Counted from the stretch's first letter, positions 18,933-31,900 are shown. The stretch is DNA of 64,000 nucleotides from Patescibacteria group bacterium (GCA_018818205.1 JAHISJ010000013.1:16661-80660), one strand, 5' to 3'. Notes: generated by a model not told the origin, from the sequence alone. Numbers and translations are program-made.

Positions 18933-19858
18933 ACGTACTAGTAACCGGTGGAGCGGGATTAATCGGAACGCACCTTTGCGAGAAGCTTCTAGATGAAGGT
19001 CACCGTGTTTTTTGCGTTGATAATTTTTCTTCGGGACAAAAAGCGAATATTGTAGTGCTCAGCAATAATTCGCAATTTACTCTTATTGAGCATGATATTT
19101 GTATTCCTCTTACTGTAGATGAAAAAATCGACCAGATCTATAATCTAGCAAGCCCTGCGTCCCCATTAGACTTTACTACTTTGAGTCTTGAGATTCTTCA
19201 TGCAAATTCCCTGGGACTTGAGAATATGCTTAATCTTGCAAAGGAGCATTCGGCTAGAATCGTGCATGCTTCAACGTCTGAGGTGTATGGCGATCCTCTT
19301 GAACATCCGCAAAAAGAGACTTATTTTGGCAATGTTAATTCATATGGGCCACGTTCGTGCTATGATGAGTCTAAGCGGTACGGAGAAGCACTTATATACT
19401 CGTACAGAAAACGATATACTTTAGATACAGGCATTGTACGTATATTTAACACCTATGGTCCGTATATGCGGCCTGATGATGGCCGGGTGATTTCTACATT
19501 TGTGGTTCAGGCACTTAAAGGAGACGATTTGACGGTGATGGGCACTGGCGATCAGACTCGGTCATTCTGCTTTGTCTCTGATATGGTTTCTGGTCTTCAA
19601 TCTATGATGGAAAGTACAGAAGAGGGGCCAATTAACCTGGGGAATCCCGATGAATATGCTATAGTAGATTTTGCAGAAAAAGTGATAGCGTTTACCGGTA
19701 CCGAGTCAAAAATTAACTATATTCCTCTTACTAAAGATGATCCTGAAAAGAGAAGGCCAGACATTTCTCTTGCAAAAGAAAAGCTTGGGTTTAACCCTCA
19801 AGTTGCCTTAAAAGAGGGGATTTCAAAGACTGTTGATTATTTTAAAGGTATAATTTAG
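18929..19858 (+). CDS. UDP-glucuronate decarboxylase (UDP-xylose synthase)
   Basis: [47 protein letters not shown]; UXS-typical length; ATGA overlap with metK. Confidence 0.8.
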   Translation: MNVLVTGGAGLIGTHLCEKLLDEGHRVFCVDNFSSGQKANIVVLSNNSQFTLIEHDICIPLTVDEKIDQIYNLASPASPLDFTTLSLEILHANSLGLENMLNLAKEHSARIVHASTSEVYGDPLEHPQKETYFGNVNSYGPRSCYDESKRYGEALIYSYRKRYTLDTGIVRIFNTYGPYMRPDDGRVISTFVVQALKGDDLTVMGTGDQTRSFCFVSDMVSGLQSMMESTEEGPINLGNPDEYAIVDFAEKVIAFTGTESKINYIPLTKDDPEKRRPDISLAKEKLGFNPQVALKEGISKTVDYFKGII

Positions 19859-19866
19859 GAACAACC

Positions 19867-21183
19867 ATGAAGATAACTGTTGTTGGAACAGGGTATGTAG
19901 GATTAGTAACCGGGACTATTTTTGCAGATTTCGGGAACGAGGTTACCTGTATTGACATTGACGAAGAGAAAGTAGAAAATTTAAAAAAAGGGATTTCGCC
20001 TATATACGAGCCGGGACTAGAAGAAGTTATTCAAAGAAATATTGAAAGTGGTAAGCTTTTATTTTCAACGGATATTACATTGCCTGCGCAGGAATCTGAG
20101 GTGATATTCATTGCTGTTGGGACGCCACAAGACGAAGACGGTAGCGCTGATTTGCAGTATGTCCAAGCTGTGGCAAAAGATATTGGTGAGGCACTCAAGA
20201 AATCTGATACACAGAATAGATCGTATAAAGTTATTGTTAATAAAAGTACTGTCCCAGTTGGAACGGGAGACATTGTTAAGAGTATTATTTCTGAGCACTA
20301 TGAAGGACCGCTTGATGTTGTATCCAATCCGGAATTCTTACGAGAAGGACAAGCAGTGCATGATTGTATTAATCCCGACCGTGTAGTAGTTGGTATTGAT
20401 GATATGACTGATAAAGCTAAAGAGGTGATACGAGAGCTTTATAGACCAGTAAAATGTCCGGTTTTATTTACTGACATAAAGAGTGCTGAGCTTATTAAAT
20501 ATGCATCGAATAGCTATCTTGCCATGTCTGTCTCCTTTATTAATGATGTTGCAGCAGTGTGCGAATCACTTGGTGGTAACGTTGATCTTGTGTCAGAGGG
20601 AATGAAGCTTGATAAGCGTATTGGCAAGCACGCGTTTCTCTCTGCAGGGCTTGGCTATGGTGGGTCTTGTTTTCCAAAAGATGTGCAGGCGCTTATTAAT
20701 ATTTCAAATAAGGCAGAAGTAAACTTTGGTATGCTTAAGGCAGCAGAGGAGACGAACATGCGACAAAAGAAAAGTGCTGTAGAGAAACTAAAGATTCTAT
20801 TGGGCGATCTTTCCGGAAAGACGATTGCTCTTTGGGGGCTTGCGTTTAAGCCAAACACTGATGATTTACGGGATGCAGTATCGCTGGTGATTATTGAAGA
20901 TCTTTTGCAAGAAGGAGTTACCGTTAAGGTCTATGATCCGGTTGCAATGGAGAACATGAAGAAAATACACGCTGATCTTACATATAGTGATTCAGCGTTT
21001 GCTGCTGTAGAGGATGCAAATGGTTTGATTGTTGTTACTGAGTGGGATGAGTTTTATCAGATTGATCCTGTTGAGTTAAAAAAGAGGATGAGCGAGCCTA
21101 ATGTGGTGGATGGCAGGAACGTGTTTGATCCCAATGAAATGAGAGAAAATGGCTTTAATTACATAAGCGTAGGGAGATCATGA
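19867..21183 (+). CDS. ugd: UDP-glucose 6-dehydrogenase
   Basis: MKITVVGTGYVGLVTG, catalytic GGSCFPKD motif. Confidence 0.9.
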   Translation: MKITVVGTGYVGLVTGTIFADFGNEVTCIDIDEEKVENLKKGISPIYEPGLEEVIQRNIESGKLLFSTDITLPAQESEVIFIAVGTPQDEDGSADLQYVQAVAKDIGEALKKSDTQNRSYKVIVNKSTVPVGTGDIVKSIISEHYEGPLDVVSNPEFLREGQAVHDCINPDRVVVGIDDMTDKAKEVIRELYRPVKCPVLFTDIKSAELIKYASNSYLAMSVSFINDVAAVCESLGGNVDLVSEGMKLDKRIGKHAFLSAGLGYGGSCFPKDVQALINISNKAEVNFGMLKAAEETNMRQKKSAVEKLKILLGDLSGKTIALWGLAFKPNTDDLRDAVSLVIIEDLLQEGVTVKVYDPVAMENMKKIHADLTYSDSAFAAVEDANGLIVVTEWDEFYQIDPVELKKRMSEPNVVDGRNVFDPNEMRENGFNYISVGRS

Positions 21184-22130
21184 GAGTTCTTGTTACCGGA
21201 GTTGCTGGGTTTATAGGGAGTCATGTTGCGGGGAATCTTTTAGAACGTGGCGACACGGTTGTTGGTGTTGATAACTTTTGTGACTACTATGATCCGCAGA
21301 TAAAAAAGAGGAATATTAGAGAGTTGGAATCGAATGAGCGTTTTACATTGTACCAAGAGGACGTTGAGGATTATCTACACATAAAGCTTATATTTGAGGA
21401 AGAAAAGCCGGATAAAGTTGTTCATCTTGCTGCGAGAGCAGGTGTTAGAGCCTCTATTGAGGATCCGCTTACCTATTCTCATGTAAATAATATTGGCACC
21501 TCAACCTTACTTGAGATGTCCCGGGTGTTCGATGTACAAAATTTTGTGTTTGCGTCTTCTTCTTCCGTGTATGGGAATAATACAAAGGTGCCGTTTTCAG
21601 AAAAAGATTCCGTCGATTTTCCTATTTCTCCGTATGCTGCAACCAAAAAGGCCGGTGAGTTACTCTGTCATGTATATAGTCATCTGCATAATCTTCCCTG
21701 TACGTGCCTTAGGTTCTTTACAGTGTATGGACCAAAGGGAAGACCGGATATGGCGCCATACAAGTTTGTTAAGGTGGTTTCTGAGGGTACTGAGCTTACG
21801 AAGTTTGGTGATGGTACTACCAGTAGAGATTATACGTATATTGATGATATCGTAGATGGTGTGGTTTCGGCAGTTGATGCTAATCTTCAGTATGAGATAA
21901 TCAATCTTGGAAATTCTCAAACGGTGACCCTAAATCAGTTTATTGACGTTGTGGAAAGGCTTATAGACAAGCAGGCACACATTGTTCAGATGCCAATACC
22001 ACCTGGAGATGTAGAGCGTACGTATGCGGATATTTCTCGGGCTAAAGAACTTTTGGGGTATAATCCAATTACCAAGTTTGAAGATGGAATGGAGAAGTTT
22101 GTTGAGTGGTATTTAGAAGAGAGAGTGTAG
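21180..22130 (+). CDS. NAD-dependent epimerase, UDP-glucuronate 4-epimerase-like
   Basis: MRVLVTGVAGFIGSHV...VGVDNFCDYYD, YAATK; ATGA overlap with ugd. Confidence 0.65.
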   Translation: MRVLVTGVAGFIGSHVAGNLLERGDTVVGVDNFCDYYDPQIKKRNIRELESNERFTLYQEDVEDYLHIKLIFEEEKPDKVVHLAARAGVRASIEDPLTYSHVNNIGTSTLLEMSRVFDVQNFVFASSSSVYGNNTKVPFSEKDSVDFPISPYAATKKAGELLCHVYSHLHNLPCTCLRFFTVYGPKGRPDMAPYKFVKVVSEGTELTKFGDGTTSRDYTYIDDIVDGVVSAVDANLQYEIINLGNSQTVTLNQFIDVVERLIDKQAHIVQMPIPPGDVERTYADISRAKELLGYNPITKFEDGMEKFVEWYLEERV

Positions 22131-22142
22131 TGTTTCTAAATT

Positions 22143-22207
22143 ATCAATGATCAATTCTCATTTTTCTGACAGAATTAAGTGTTGAAAATTGGTAATTGAT
22201 CATTGAT
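22143..22207. promoter_or_regulatory. long AT-rich inverted repeat (atcaatgatcaatt ... aattgatcattgat, 14-bp perfect arms) between the UDP-sugar operon and gmd
   Basis: Direct inspection; additional inner complementarity (cattttt/gaaaatt). Confidence 0.35.
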
Positions 22208-22229
22208 CATTTCAAGATGACTAACATAA

Positions 22230-23231
<1,002 letters not shown>

Positions 23232-23276
23232 GGGGAATTTGACAAATAGAGCCCATAAAGATTACAATTCAGAGCT

Positions 23277-24221
23277 ATGAATGATCATAAGATTTTAGAG
23301 TATTCTGTTGTTGTTCCATTTTACAATGAGCAGGGGAATGTCACTCCTCTTTATTCTGATCTAAAAAAAGTATTTGAAGAAATAAGTGGAGAGTACGAAA
23401 TTATTTTTGTCAATGACGGTTCAATCGACAACACATTGCAGGAAATGAAGGAGCTTAAGCCTCTCAAGATAATCAATTTTAGGAAAAATTTTGGGCAAAC
23501 TGCTGCACTAGATGCGGGTTTCAAAGAAGCGAAAGGAAAGTATATTATTACCTTGGACGGTGACGGGCAAAATCCTCCTTCAGAAATTCCTATACTGATA
23601 TCAAAAATGGAGGAAGGTGGTCTTGATGTTGTCTGTGGGTGGCGGTATAAGCGCAAGGACACTACATTGAAACGAGTTTTTTCACGAGGAGCGTATTTTT
23701 TGAGAGGGTTTTTGGTTAAAGATCATGTGCATGATGCGGGGTGTACGCTTAGATTGTATAAAAAAGAGTGTTTTGATGATTTTGATTTATTCGGGGAGAT
23801 GCACAGGTTCATTCCTGCGGCATTGTATTGGAGAGGTTTTAGGGTAGGTGAAATAAAGGTGTCACACAAACCTCGTGTGCATGGTCTAAGCAAGTACAAT
23901 TGGACACGAGCGCTTAAAGGGTTTATTGACATGATTTCTATTTGGTTTTGGAGAAAGTTCTCTAATCGGCCCCTTCATTTATTTGGAGGCGCAGGAATAT
24001 TTTTTGTTCTTATTGGTGTACTGTTTTTTATTGTTCTTGGTTTGTTAAGACTTTTTCTTGGGTATAGTCTTTCTGACAAGATTTGGCCACTTGTTGCAAC
24101 GTTGCTTATTGTTGTTGGTGTCCAGCTTTTTGTATCAGGAATAATGACCGATATTCTAATTAAGGGCTATTATTCTAACGGAAAGACATCGTATAATATC
24201 AAAGACATTATTGTAAATTAG
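23277..24221 (+). CDS. GT2 polyprenol-phosphate glycosyltransferase (DPM1/GtrB/ArnC-like) with C-terminal TM helices
   Basis: VVVPFYNE...FVNDGSIDNT...TLDGDGQNPP; two C-terminal TM segments. Confidence 0.75.
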   Translation: MNDHKILEYSVVVPFYNEQGNVTPLYSDLKKVFEEISGEYEIIFVNDGSIDNTLQEMKELKPLKIINFRKNFGQTAALDAGFKEAKGKYIITLDGDGQNPPSEIPILISKMEEGGLDVVCGWRYKRKDTTLKRVFSRGAYFLRGFLVKDHVHDAGCTLRLYKKECFDDFDLFGEMHRFIPAALYWRGFRVGEIKVSHKPRVHGLSKYNWTRALKGFIDMISIWFWRKFSNRPLHLFGGAGIFFVLIGVLFFIVLGLLRLFLGYSLSDKIWPLVATLLIVVGVQLFVSGIMTDILIKGYYSNGKTSYNIKDIIVN

Positions 24222-24225
24222 AGGG

Positions 24226-25335
24226 ATGAGGATACTCGTACTCAACCATGAATTTCCCCCTGTCGGAGGCGGTGCGAGCCCGGTTAGTTTTGGTTTAGCT
24301 GAATACTATGCTAAAGCCGGTCATGAAGTATCTGTAGTTACTATGGCATTTTCAGATTTGCCTGAAAAACAGAAAGTAAATGAGAAACTTACTATTTTTA
24401 GGGTGACCCCAGGTAGGAAGCATAAGGAAAAATCTAAAATGAGTGAACACATAACATATATCCAAAGAGGGTATGCGATGTGTAAACATCTGCATCGGGA
24501 GAAACAATTTGATGTATGCCACACGCATTTTGCTTTACCAGGGGGAATCCTTGCCCTACGGTTAAAGAATAAGCTCGGATTACCCTATATTTTGTCAGTG
24601 CATGGTAGTGATGTTCCAGGTCATAATCCAGGCTTTAATACTATCCACACAATAATGAGTTCATTGACCAAGAGGGTTTTCAGCAATGCTCGTAACGTTA
24701 CTTATCCATCAAGAAGCTTGAAGGATATAGTGATAAAGCTATATCCTTCGTTGTCAAATAAAAGTGTCACTATTGCAAATGGATCAAAAGACTATTATCG
24801 GGAGGCTATCAAGGAAGAGAATATTGTTATTTTTGTGGGGAGACTGCAGAATATAAAAAGGGTTGATGTATTGATTGAGGCTTTTAAGAGAGCTAATAAT
24901 TCACATTGGAAACTCTATATTATTGGCGATGGTCCGGAAAAGGAGAATTTGAAGGCTAATTCAGAAGGCAAAGAAAATATCATTTTTACTGGGTGGATGA
25001 GCAATGAAAGTAATGAATATACTGAATTGCTTAACAAGGCTAAGATTTTTTGTTCACTTTCTTCGACTGAATCTCAGGGGATAGCCCTTGTGGAAGCAAT
25101 GAGTGCAGGCTGTGCACTGGTAGTGTCTAATATTGATGCGCATAGAGAGACAACAGACAAAAGCACAGCAGTGTTTATTAATGGCGAGAAAATTGATGAG
25201 GCGCGTAAAGCCATTCAGTGGTTAATAGATAATCCTAGTGAATGTCGAAAGAAGGGAAGTAATGCACGTCAAATGTATAAAGAAAGATTTATTTGGGATA
25301 CTATTTCACCTCGATATTTAGATCTGTTCACTTAG
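24226..25335 (+). CDS. glycosyltransferase family 4
   Basis: STESQGIALVEAMSAGCALV (EX7E). Confidence 0.8.
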   Translation: MRILVLNHEFPPVGGGASPVSFGLAEYYAKAGHEVSVVTMAFSDLPEKQKVNEKLTIFRVTPGRKHKEKSKMSEHITYIQRGYAMCKHLHREKQFDVCHTHFALPGGILALRLKNKLGLPYILSVHGSDVPGHNPGFNTIHTIMSSLTKRVFSNARNVTYPSRSLKDIVIKLYPSLSNKSVTIANGSKDYYREAIKEENIVIFVGRLQNIKRVDVLIEAFKRANNSHWKLYIIGDGPEKENLKANSEGKENIIFTGWMSNESNEYTELLNKAKIFCSLSSTESQGIALVEAMSAGCALVVSNIDAHRETTDKSTAVFINGEKIDEARKAIQWLIDNPSECRKKGSNARQMYKERFIWDTISPRYLDLFT

Positions 25336-25339
25336 TAAT

Positions 25340-26251
25340 ATGAGTATAAATAGCACAACTTATTCATATGCATTACTTATTTTGCATTGGAAGAATGTCG
25401 ATGATACCCTTGCATGCGTCGATTCGCTCTTAGGAAGTGTAAGTGACTCATGTATGCTGTATTTGCTTTGCAATGGTTCGTCTGAAGGAGATAATTCAGT
25501 AATTAAAAAAAAGTGTGCAAGCATTCCCTTCGTTACTATAATAAACTCTGAGTATAATCGTGGCTTCGCAGGCGGAAGCAATTATTTGATAAAGACAGCT
25601 AAAGAGAATGATCACGACTTTTACATTCTTATTAATAATGACACAATTCTTGACCGACAGTTTGTTCAAAAAGTTGATAGAGAATTAGTAGCCATAAATG
25701 ATGATAAGATAGGTATTTTTGTTCCCACAATTTATTATTATGACTCAGATTTAAGTAAGAAGAATATTTGGCGTGCAGGTGATTCAAAAAAGGTTCTTTT
25801 AGAAAGTAACAAAATTAAGAGACCTGTTGGCTGTATATATGGCATAAGTGAGAAACTTATAAACAAAATAGGGTATTTTGATGAGAATTTTTTTGCATAC
25901 GGTGAAGAGGTTGATTATAATTATAGAGCAAAAAAAGCAGGCTTTTCATTGTGTTATCTTCCAAAGGTCAATGCATGGCATAAAGTTGTTGAACATGCAG
26001 ATTCGGAGTTAAAGACGTATCTTAGTGTGCGGAATAACTATTATCTGTACAATAAAAGGAACTTCCTTGATAGATACCTCTATTTCACTTATTTTTTTAT
26101 TGTTAAATTACCGCGTAAATTTTTTTTGATATTATATAAAAACAAAAAAAATTTACCCGTATTTTTTAGGGCTAATAAAGATGGATTGGCCTGGATAAAA
26201 ACAGGGAAAAAGCCTCGGAGTGATTTTATAACTGAAACCGAACGGACATGA
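25340..26251 (+). CDS. glycosyltransferase family 2
   Basis: ALLILHWKNVDDTLACVDSL, GFAGGSNY, LINNDT; paralogue of 1800 and 50702. Confidence 0.75.
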   Translation: MSINSTTYSYALLILHWKNVDDTLACVDSLLGSVSDSCMLYLLCNGSSEGDNSVIKKKCASIPFVTIINSEYNRGFAGGSNYLIKTAKENDHDFYILINNDTILDRQFVQKVDRELVAINDDKIGIFVPTIYYYDSDLSKKNIWRAGDSKKVLLESNKIKRPVGCIYGISEKLINKIGYFDENFFAYGEEVDYNYRAKKAGFSLCYLPKVNAWHKVVEHADSELKTYLSVRNNYYLYNKRNFLDRYLYFTYFFIVKLPRKFFLILYKNKKNLPVFFRANKDGLAWIKTGKKPRSDFITETERT

Positions 26252-27354
26252 AAAAAGTATTGATTATTAATGATGGAAATTCAATTGGAGGTGGAGTGAT
26301 TGTTACAAATCGTATAGTAAATTATATTCGTGAACATTATAGCAGTGATGTTGATATTAAAGTTTTAAGCCCATTTGACGGTCTGGAAGATCTTCCTAAA
26401 GAACGCAAAATTTCTGTCCGCGTGTTCAATATCTTTGACGAATACTTGTTCTACCCAACGAGCTTTATTCGTCTTATTAAGTCAATAAGAGAAGTAGATA
26501 TTGTTCATTTTCATAATGTATGGACATTTTCTTCCCTTATTCCTTTATTTCTCTCATTTTTGCTTAGAAAAATAATAATTTCTACTCAGCATGCGATGCC
26601 TGGGGATCCCTGTAAAAAGGGGATTCAGAAGGTTATTATGGCAACGAGGCACTCAGTTATTATCCAGTGCATTGCTCTTATTCCAAAGACAGTGGTTTTT
26701 TTAACGAATGCTCAAAAGAATGAGTTTCTAAAGCGAACACTCTTTAAGTCTAGTCTTAGCAAAAAGAGTATTATTATTCCAAACTGTCTTAGTAAATCAT
26801 ATTTACAAAAAAAACAGCAAGTAAGCCAAAAGCGAATGAAGCTGCTTTATGTCGGTAGATTGAGCTACAGTAAAGGGTTTGATACAATGCTTGCATTGAT
26901 TACTGAGCTTGGTTTAATAGATTGCTGCTATACAATAGTTGGTAAGGTAAAAGAGGACGATTTACTTATGAGAATGAAGCGTTTGCAAGAAATTGGTTAT
27001 CCTGTTACCTATGTTGAAGTGGTTGAATCAAATGATATGGTTTGCTATTATGATAGCAATGACGTGCTTATAGTACCGTCATGTTCAGAGGTTTCTCCAC
27101 TTGTAGTGCTAGAAGCAAAAGCACGTGGGTTATCTATTGTTATTTCAGACATTCCTGGTATGAATGAATGTGTCGTTGAAGGAGAAAATGGATTTAGGTT
27201 TACGCTTTTAGATGCAAAGGAAGCAGCATGCAAAGTGCGTGCATTGCGTAATGACTCTGGACTAATGCATTATATCTCAGAAAATAATAATAAGAATGCT
27301 GAGGCACAAACATTAGACAAGATTGTACCTCAAGTTTTAGAATTGTATTCATAA
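26248..27354 (+). CDS. glycosyltransferase family 4
   Basis: PSCSEVSPLVVLEAKARGLSIV...ENGF. Confidence 0.7.
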   Translation: MKKVLIINDGNSIGGGVIVTNRIVNYIREHYSSDVDIKVLSPFDGLEDLPKERKISVRVFNIFDEYLFYPTSFIRLIKSIREVDIVHFHNVWTFSSLIPLFLSFLLRKIIISTQHAMPGDPCKKGIQKVIMATRHSVIIQCIALIPKTVVFLTNAQKNEFLKRTLFKSSLSKKSIIIPNCLSKSYLQKKQQVSQKRMKLLYVGRLSYSKGFDTMLALITELGLIDCCYTIVGKVKEDDLLMRMKRLQEIGYPVTYVEVVESNDMVCYYDSNDVLIVPSCSEVSPLVVLEAKARGLSIVISDIPGMNECVVEGENGFRFTLLDAKEAACKVRALRNDSGLMHYISENNNKNAEAQTLDKIVPQVLELYS

Positions 27355-28119
27355 ATGGTTATCCAGCCGTATCATAAGGATTTATTTTTAGAGCTTCTTA
27401 AGGCAGACTTTAAGGTTCGTTACCAAGGGTCGATTTTGGGTTTTGTCTGGGTATTGCTCAGACCCTTTCTCTTGTTTATGATTTTTTATATTATCTTCTC
27501 GTATATTTTTTCACGAGGGGATAGTCACTTTGCGATTCGATTAATACTAGGACTAATCATTTTTACGTATTTTTCTGAGGCGACAACTCATGGTCTTACC
27601 TCCCTGATAAATAAAGCTGATGTTATTCTAAAGGTGAATTTTCCAAGACAAATTGTTGTTATTTCCTCTATAGTAAATTCTTTACTTACACTCTTTTTTA
27701 GTTTTGTTATTTTTATTGCATTTTGGGTTTTTAATCCAACCTCAGTTTCCGCGCTTTGGCTTTTGTTTCCAGTGTATCTGCTTGTCCTCTCAATTCTTAT
27801 TACTGGACTTTCTTTTTTTCTAAGTGTTCTATCTGTTAAATTCAGAGATATGCAGATGATTTGGGAGCTTTTTATCCAGATCCTTTTTTATGGCAGTGCA
27901 ATTTTTTATCCAATTTCTATATTATCGCCAAAGTTGCAAGAGTATATGTATTGGAATCCTATTTTTGTTATAATTCAGCAATGCAGGGAAATTTTGATAG
28001 ACAACACTATGCCTGATTTAAAGTTTCTTTTTGTTATTTCGCTCGCAAGTGTTGCATTTTTTATTTTGGGATATGTTTATTTCAAACGTAATATTAAGCG
28101 AATAGCAGAATACTTCTAG
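27355..28119 (+). CDS. ABC-2 type polysaccharide export permease (Wzm/TagG-like)
   Basis: 6 TM helices; ABC-2 permease topology; immediately upstream of the ATPase. Confidence 0.8.
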   Translation: MVIQPYHKDLFLELLKADFKVRYQGSILGFVWVLLRPFLLFMIFYIIFSYIFSRGDSHFAIRLILGLIIFTYFSEATTHGLTSLINKADVILKVNFPRQIVVISSIVNSLLTLFFSFVIFIAFWVFNPTSVSALWLLFPVYLLVLSILITGLSFFLSVLSVKFRDMQMIWELFIQILFYGSAIFYPISILSPKLQEYMYWNPIFVIIQQCREILIDNTMPDLKFLFVISLASVAFFILGYVYFKRNIKRIAEYF

Positions 28120-28120
28120 T

Positions 28121-28852
28121 ATGAACGAAGCTATAATACAAGTTAAAAATATTTCTAAGGTTTTTATGATCCCTGAAGAAAACAGGAATACTTTACGGGA
28201 ACATTTTTGGAATTTTTTTCGTCCGATGAAACACAAAAAGTTTCAAGCGCTTGATAATGTTTCTTTTGAAGTGAACAGGGGTGAGTGGCTAGGTATAATA
28301 GGAAGGAACGGTTCAGGGAAGTCGACTCTACTTAAAATTTTAGCTGGGATTTATTTGCCGGATTCAGGAAGGTTTTGTAGAAATGGTTCCCTTGTTCCTT
28401 TCTTGGAGCTTGGTGTTGGTTTCAATTTTGAACTTTCAGCTCGTGAAAATATTTTCTTGAATGGAACAATTCTAGGAATGACTCGAAAAGAAATCAATGC
28501 TGTTTTTGACGCGATTGTAGAGTTTGCTGAGATTAAAGAATTTTTAGACTTGCCTCTTAAAAACTATTCTTCAGGAATGAAGGTGCGTCTTGCATTTGCA
28601 ATAGCTACAAAAGTTGATGCTGACATTTACCTTTTAGACGAGGTAATGGCTGTTGGCGATTACGTTTTTAAGGAGAAATGTACCAGTGTTTTTGAAGAAA
28701 TGAAGGAAAAGGGGAAAACAATTATTTTTGTAAGTCATAGTATGGATGACATTAAAAGGTACTGTGACAAAGCGCTTATAATTAAGAAGGGTGTGCTCGA
28801 TAAATTTGGAGATGCTGATACTATTACTTCCTTATATGAAGTACAAGAGTAG
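28121..28852 (+). CDS. polysaccharide ABC exporter ATP-binding protein (Wzt/TagH-like), short form without a C-terminal carbohydrate-binding domain
   Basis: Walker A GRNGSGKST, signature YSSGM, Walker B IYLLDE; only 243 aa. Confidence 0.85.
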   Translation: MNEAIIQVKNISKVFMIPEENRNTLREHFWNFFRPMKHKKFQALDNVSFEVNRGEWLGIIGRNGSGKSTLLKILAGIYLPDSGRFCRNGSLVPFLELGVGFNFELSARENIFLNGTILGMTRKEINAVFDAIVEFAEIKEFLDLPLKNYSSGMKVRLAFAIATKVDADIYLLDEVMAVGDYVFKEKCTSVFEEMKEKGKTIIFVSHSMDDIKRYCDKALIIKKGVLDKFGDADTITSLYEVQE

Positions 28853-28903
28853 TTAAGTTTTGGAATTGATATTTACTTTAATTACAAAGTTAGTGGTTTA
28901 TAG

Positions 28904-31900
28904 ATGAGAAAAGTGAAAACACCTCATTTCGACATGTATCTTTTACCAGGGTTTGAGAGCTATTATTGTGACGATTTTGAACCTCTTTCTGTTTCCATTT
29001 TTAATTCTATAATAAAAAATGGAAATGTTGTTGTTGATGTTGGAGCCCACTTTGGTTATTTTACTTTACTTGCTTCAAAAAAGACTGATCGAGTTTATGC
29101 TATTGAGCCAGTAAAGAAAAATAATGAGGTTTTAAGGCAGAATATTGTACTTAATAACTCTCAAGCAATCGTATTTGATTGTGCAATTTCTGATCGTTTA
29201 GGAAAGAAAAAAATAAATGTAGCTACTTCTTCTGACTGCTCAGGTTTTTATGTGCATCCATTCTCTAAGCCGATTGATCAAGAATTGGTTTCAGTAAAGA
29301 CCCTTGACGATCTTTTCCATAATAAACGTATAGACTTGCTTAAAGTTGATACTGAAGGGAATGAATATAAGGTTCTTATGGGAATGGAAAGTGTATTGCT
29401 GCAAAATTCAAATCTTAAGCTGTTATTTGAGTTTAACCCCAAATGTTTAATATGTGCTGGAGACAAGCCTAGTGTTTTTTTAGAAACACTTAAACAACAT
29501 AATTATTCAATCTTTTTTATAGATGACAAAAGTCAAAAGATTGAAAATTATACGCAGTCTCCTGCTAGATGGTCTGAGATGATAGATGAAGATGCGTGTG
29601 TTAATTTGCTTTGCGTTCGCACAAGTGATCCAGATTACAACAATGTACTTTGCACAATTGATACTATAAAAAGAAAAATAGAAACTGCAAAAACTAGGGC
29701 TCGTAGTATTAGGTTTACTATTGGCATTACTGTATACAATAGAAAAGAGTACTTGGAAGAATGCGTTGAAAGTGCATTATCTCAGACGTATAAACCAGAT
29801 GAAATTATTATTGTTGATGACTTTTCACAAGATAAGGGCGTGATTGATATTCTTGAGAAATATAGGAATCGAGAAAATATCAAACTTATTTATAATAAAG
29901 AGAATTTAGGCATTGCTGGATCTTGGAATACAGTGCTAGATAATATGAGTAGTGAATGGTTGGTCATGCTAGATGGTGATGATGTTCTTGAAAAAAATGC
30001 TCTTGAAGAGATAACAAAGTATATTGCGCTTCACAATGAAATCGAATTTATTTCAACCTTGCATACAATTATTAATAGTAAAGGAGAAACACTCGGGGTT
30101 TTTGATAGGCCCCTAGGTAAAGATCCAAAGAAGTTGATTTTAGAGGGAATGTATTTGTCACATCTTAAAGTTTTTAATAAAATGTGCTTTGAAAAAGTGG
30201 GGAGCTTCAGAGGCAAGATAGCAGTTGACTATGACATGGTAGTAAGGGTTCTGGAAATGTGCAAGATGGGCATGCTTCATAAGTGTTTGTACAAATATCG
30301 TTTTCATGAAGATTCGTGTACCAAGAAAAGAGCTAAAGAACAATATGAAAAAGGATGCAAGATTCTATTGGGCACTTACAAAAGGCAAATGATCGATGAA
30401 AATCTCTATATAGACTCTATCATTGAGCGAGGGGCCCTGGCCCATTCCACAAATCTCGGATTACAGAGTAAAATTACACAGAATATTTACCGTATAAAGG
30501 AATTAACTAGCAAGATTGTACAGGAAACAGCTGAAAAAGAAAGAATAGATGTACTTTATAACAAGGAAGCAAAAAGTCATTCTACAGATCTAAATTCATT
30601 GGAATGGAGACTTGGGTGGTGTATTTGCAATCCGTTGAAAGCAGCAAAAAAAATACCTGTATTCGTTGATTATGTGTATGCTAAACGTAAAAAAGACATT
30701 ATCTGGGCAAAAAATAATCCAATTAGGTGTTGTAAAAAATATTTGAAAGTGCTTGTTTCTAAGGGAAAAACATGTGAAGAAGATTTAGAAAGAAGTATCT
30801 ATGATTCACTTACGTATACCGAAATAAATATTGATAAGTGGTCAGAAGATACGCCGCTTATCAGTGTGATTATCCCTTGCTATAATTATGGAAATTATAT
30901 TAGCGAAGCTTTAAATTCTATTTTTGCACAAACACTTCAAGATTTTGAGGTAATTATTATTGATGATGGGTCAACAGATCCTGGAACAGAGAAGGAGTTA
31001 AAAACGATAAAGCATCCTAAGGTCCAGGTTATTTTTCAAGAGAATTCCGGAGTCTCTAATGCTAGAAACAAGGGAATTAGTAAAGCAAAAGGAAAATATA
31101 TTTGTTGTCTAGATCCGGACGACATTCTTGATCCGACCTATTTTGAAAAATGTTTATTGGTTCTGGAAAGAGATGCACAATTAGGCCTTGCATATTCATG
31201 GGTAAAGGAAATTGGGGCTAGGGATATTTTATGGAAGACTACTGATTTGGATATTGACACATTACTTTCATCAAATCATGTACCAATAAGTGCGATTTTC
31301 AGAAAAGAAATAGCTGATAGCGTGTTCTTTGATCCAGATATTCGTCATGAAGACTGGGATTTTTGGCTTTCCGTTGTGGGAAAAGGGTGGCGTGGAAAAG
31401 TAATTCCCGAAGTTCTTATGTATAGCAAGAGACATGGAAACAATAAATCGTTACAAGATGAGCAATTTTATAAAGAAACACTATTAGCACTGAAAGAAAA
31501 GCATAAAAACCTTTTGAAGAAAGATTTCAGAGAAAAAGTGAAAGAGGAGTACATAAAAAAAATAGCGTTAAATCCTTTTACGAATTTAAATAGATCCGTC
31601 TATCAAGAAAAACACAAGAAAAGAGTGTTTGTTGTTGTTCCATTTTTAATATGTGGAGGAGCGGAGACACTTCTTTATAATTTTGCATCAAAGCTTAAGA
31701 ATGAAGTCGATTTTACTTTTATTTCCGTGATTAAGTCAAAAAATGAATGGGAAGACAGGTTTAAGGGAATTAGCTCTCGAGTGTATCATTTACCCAAACT
31801 TTTTGAAAGTAAAAATGTTTGTGATGATTTTTTACTCAATTATATTCAGACAAGAAATATTGATGTATTGCATTTCTTTCACTGTGGTTATTTTTATGAC

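Noticed and set aside
21180-21183. Alternative genetic code (TGA recoded, as in some candidate phyla)
   Set aside because: TGA terminates several conserved genes at the expected length (for example ugd at 21181-21183 with ATGA overlap). Standard code 11 fits.
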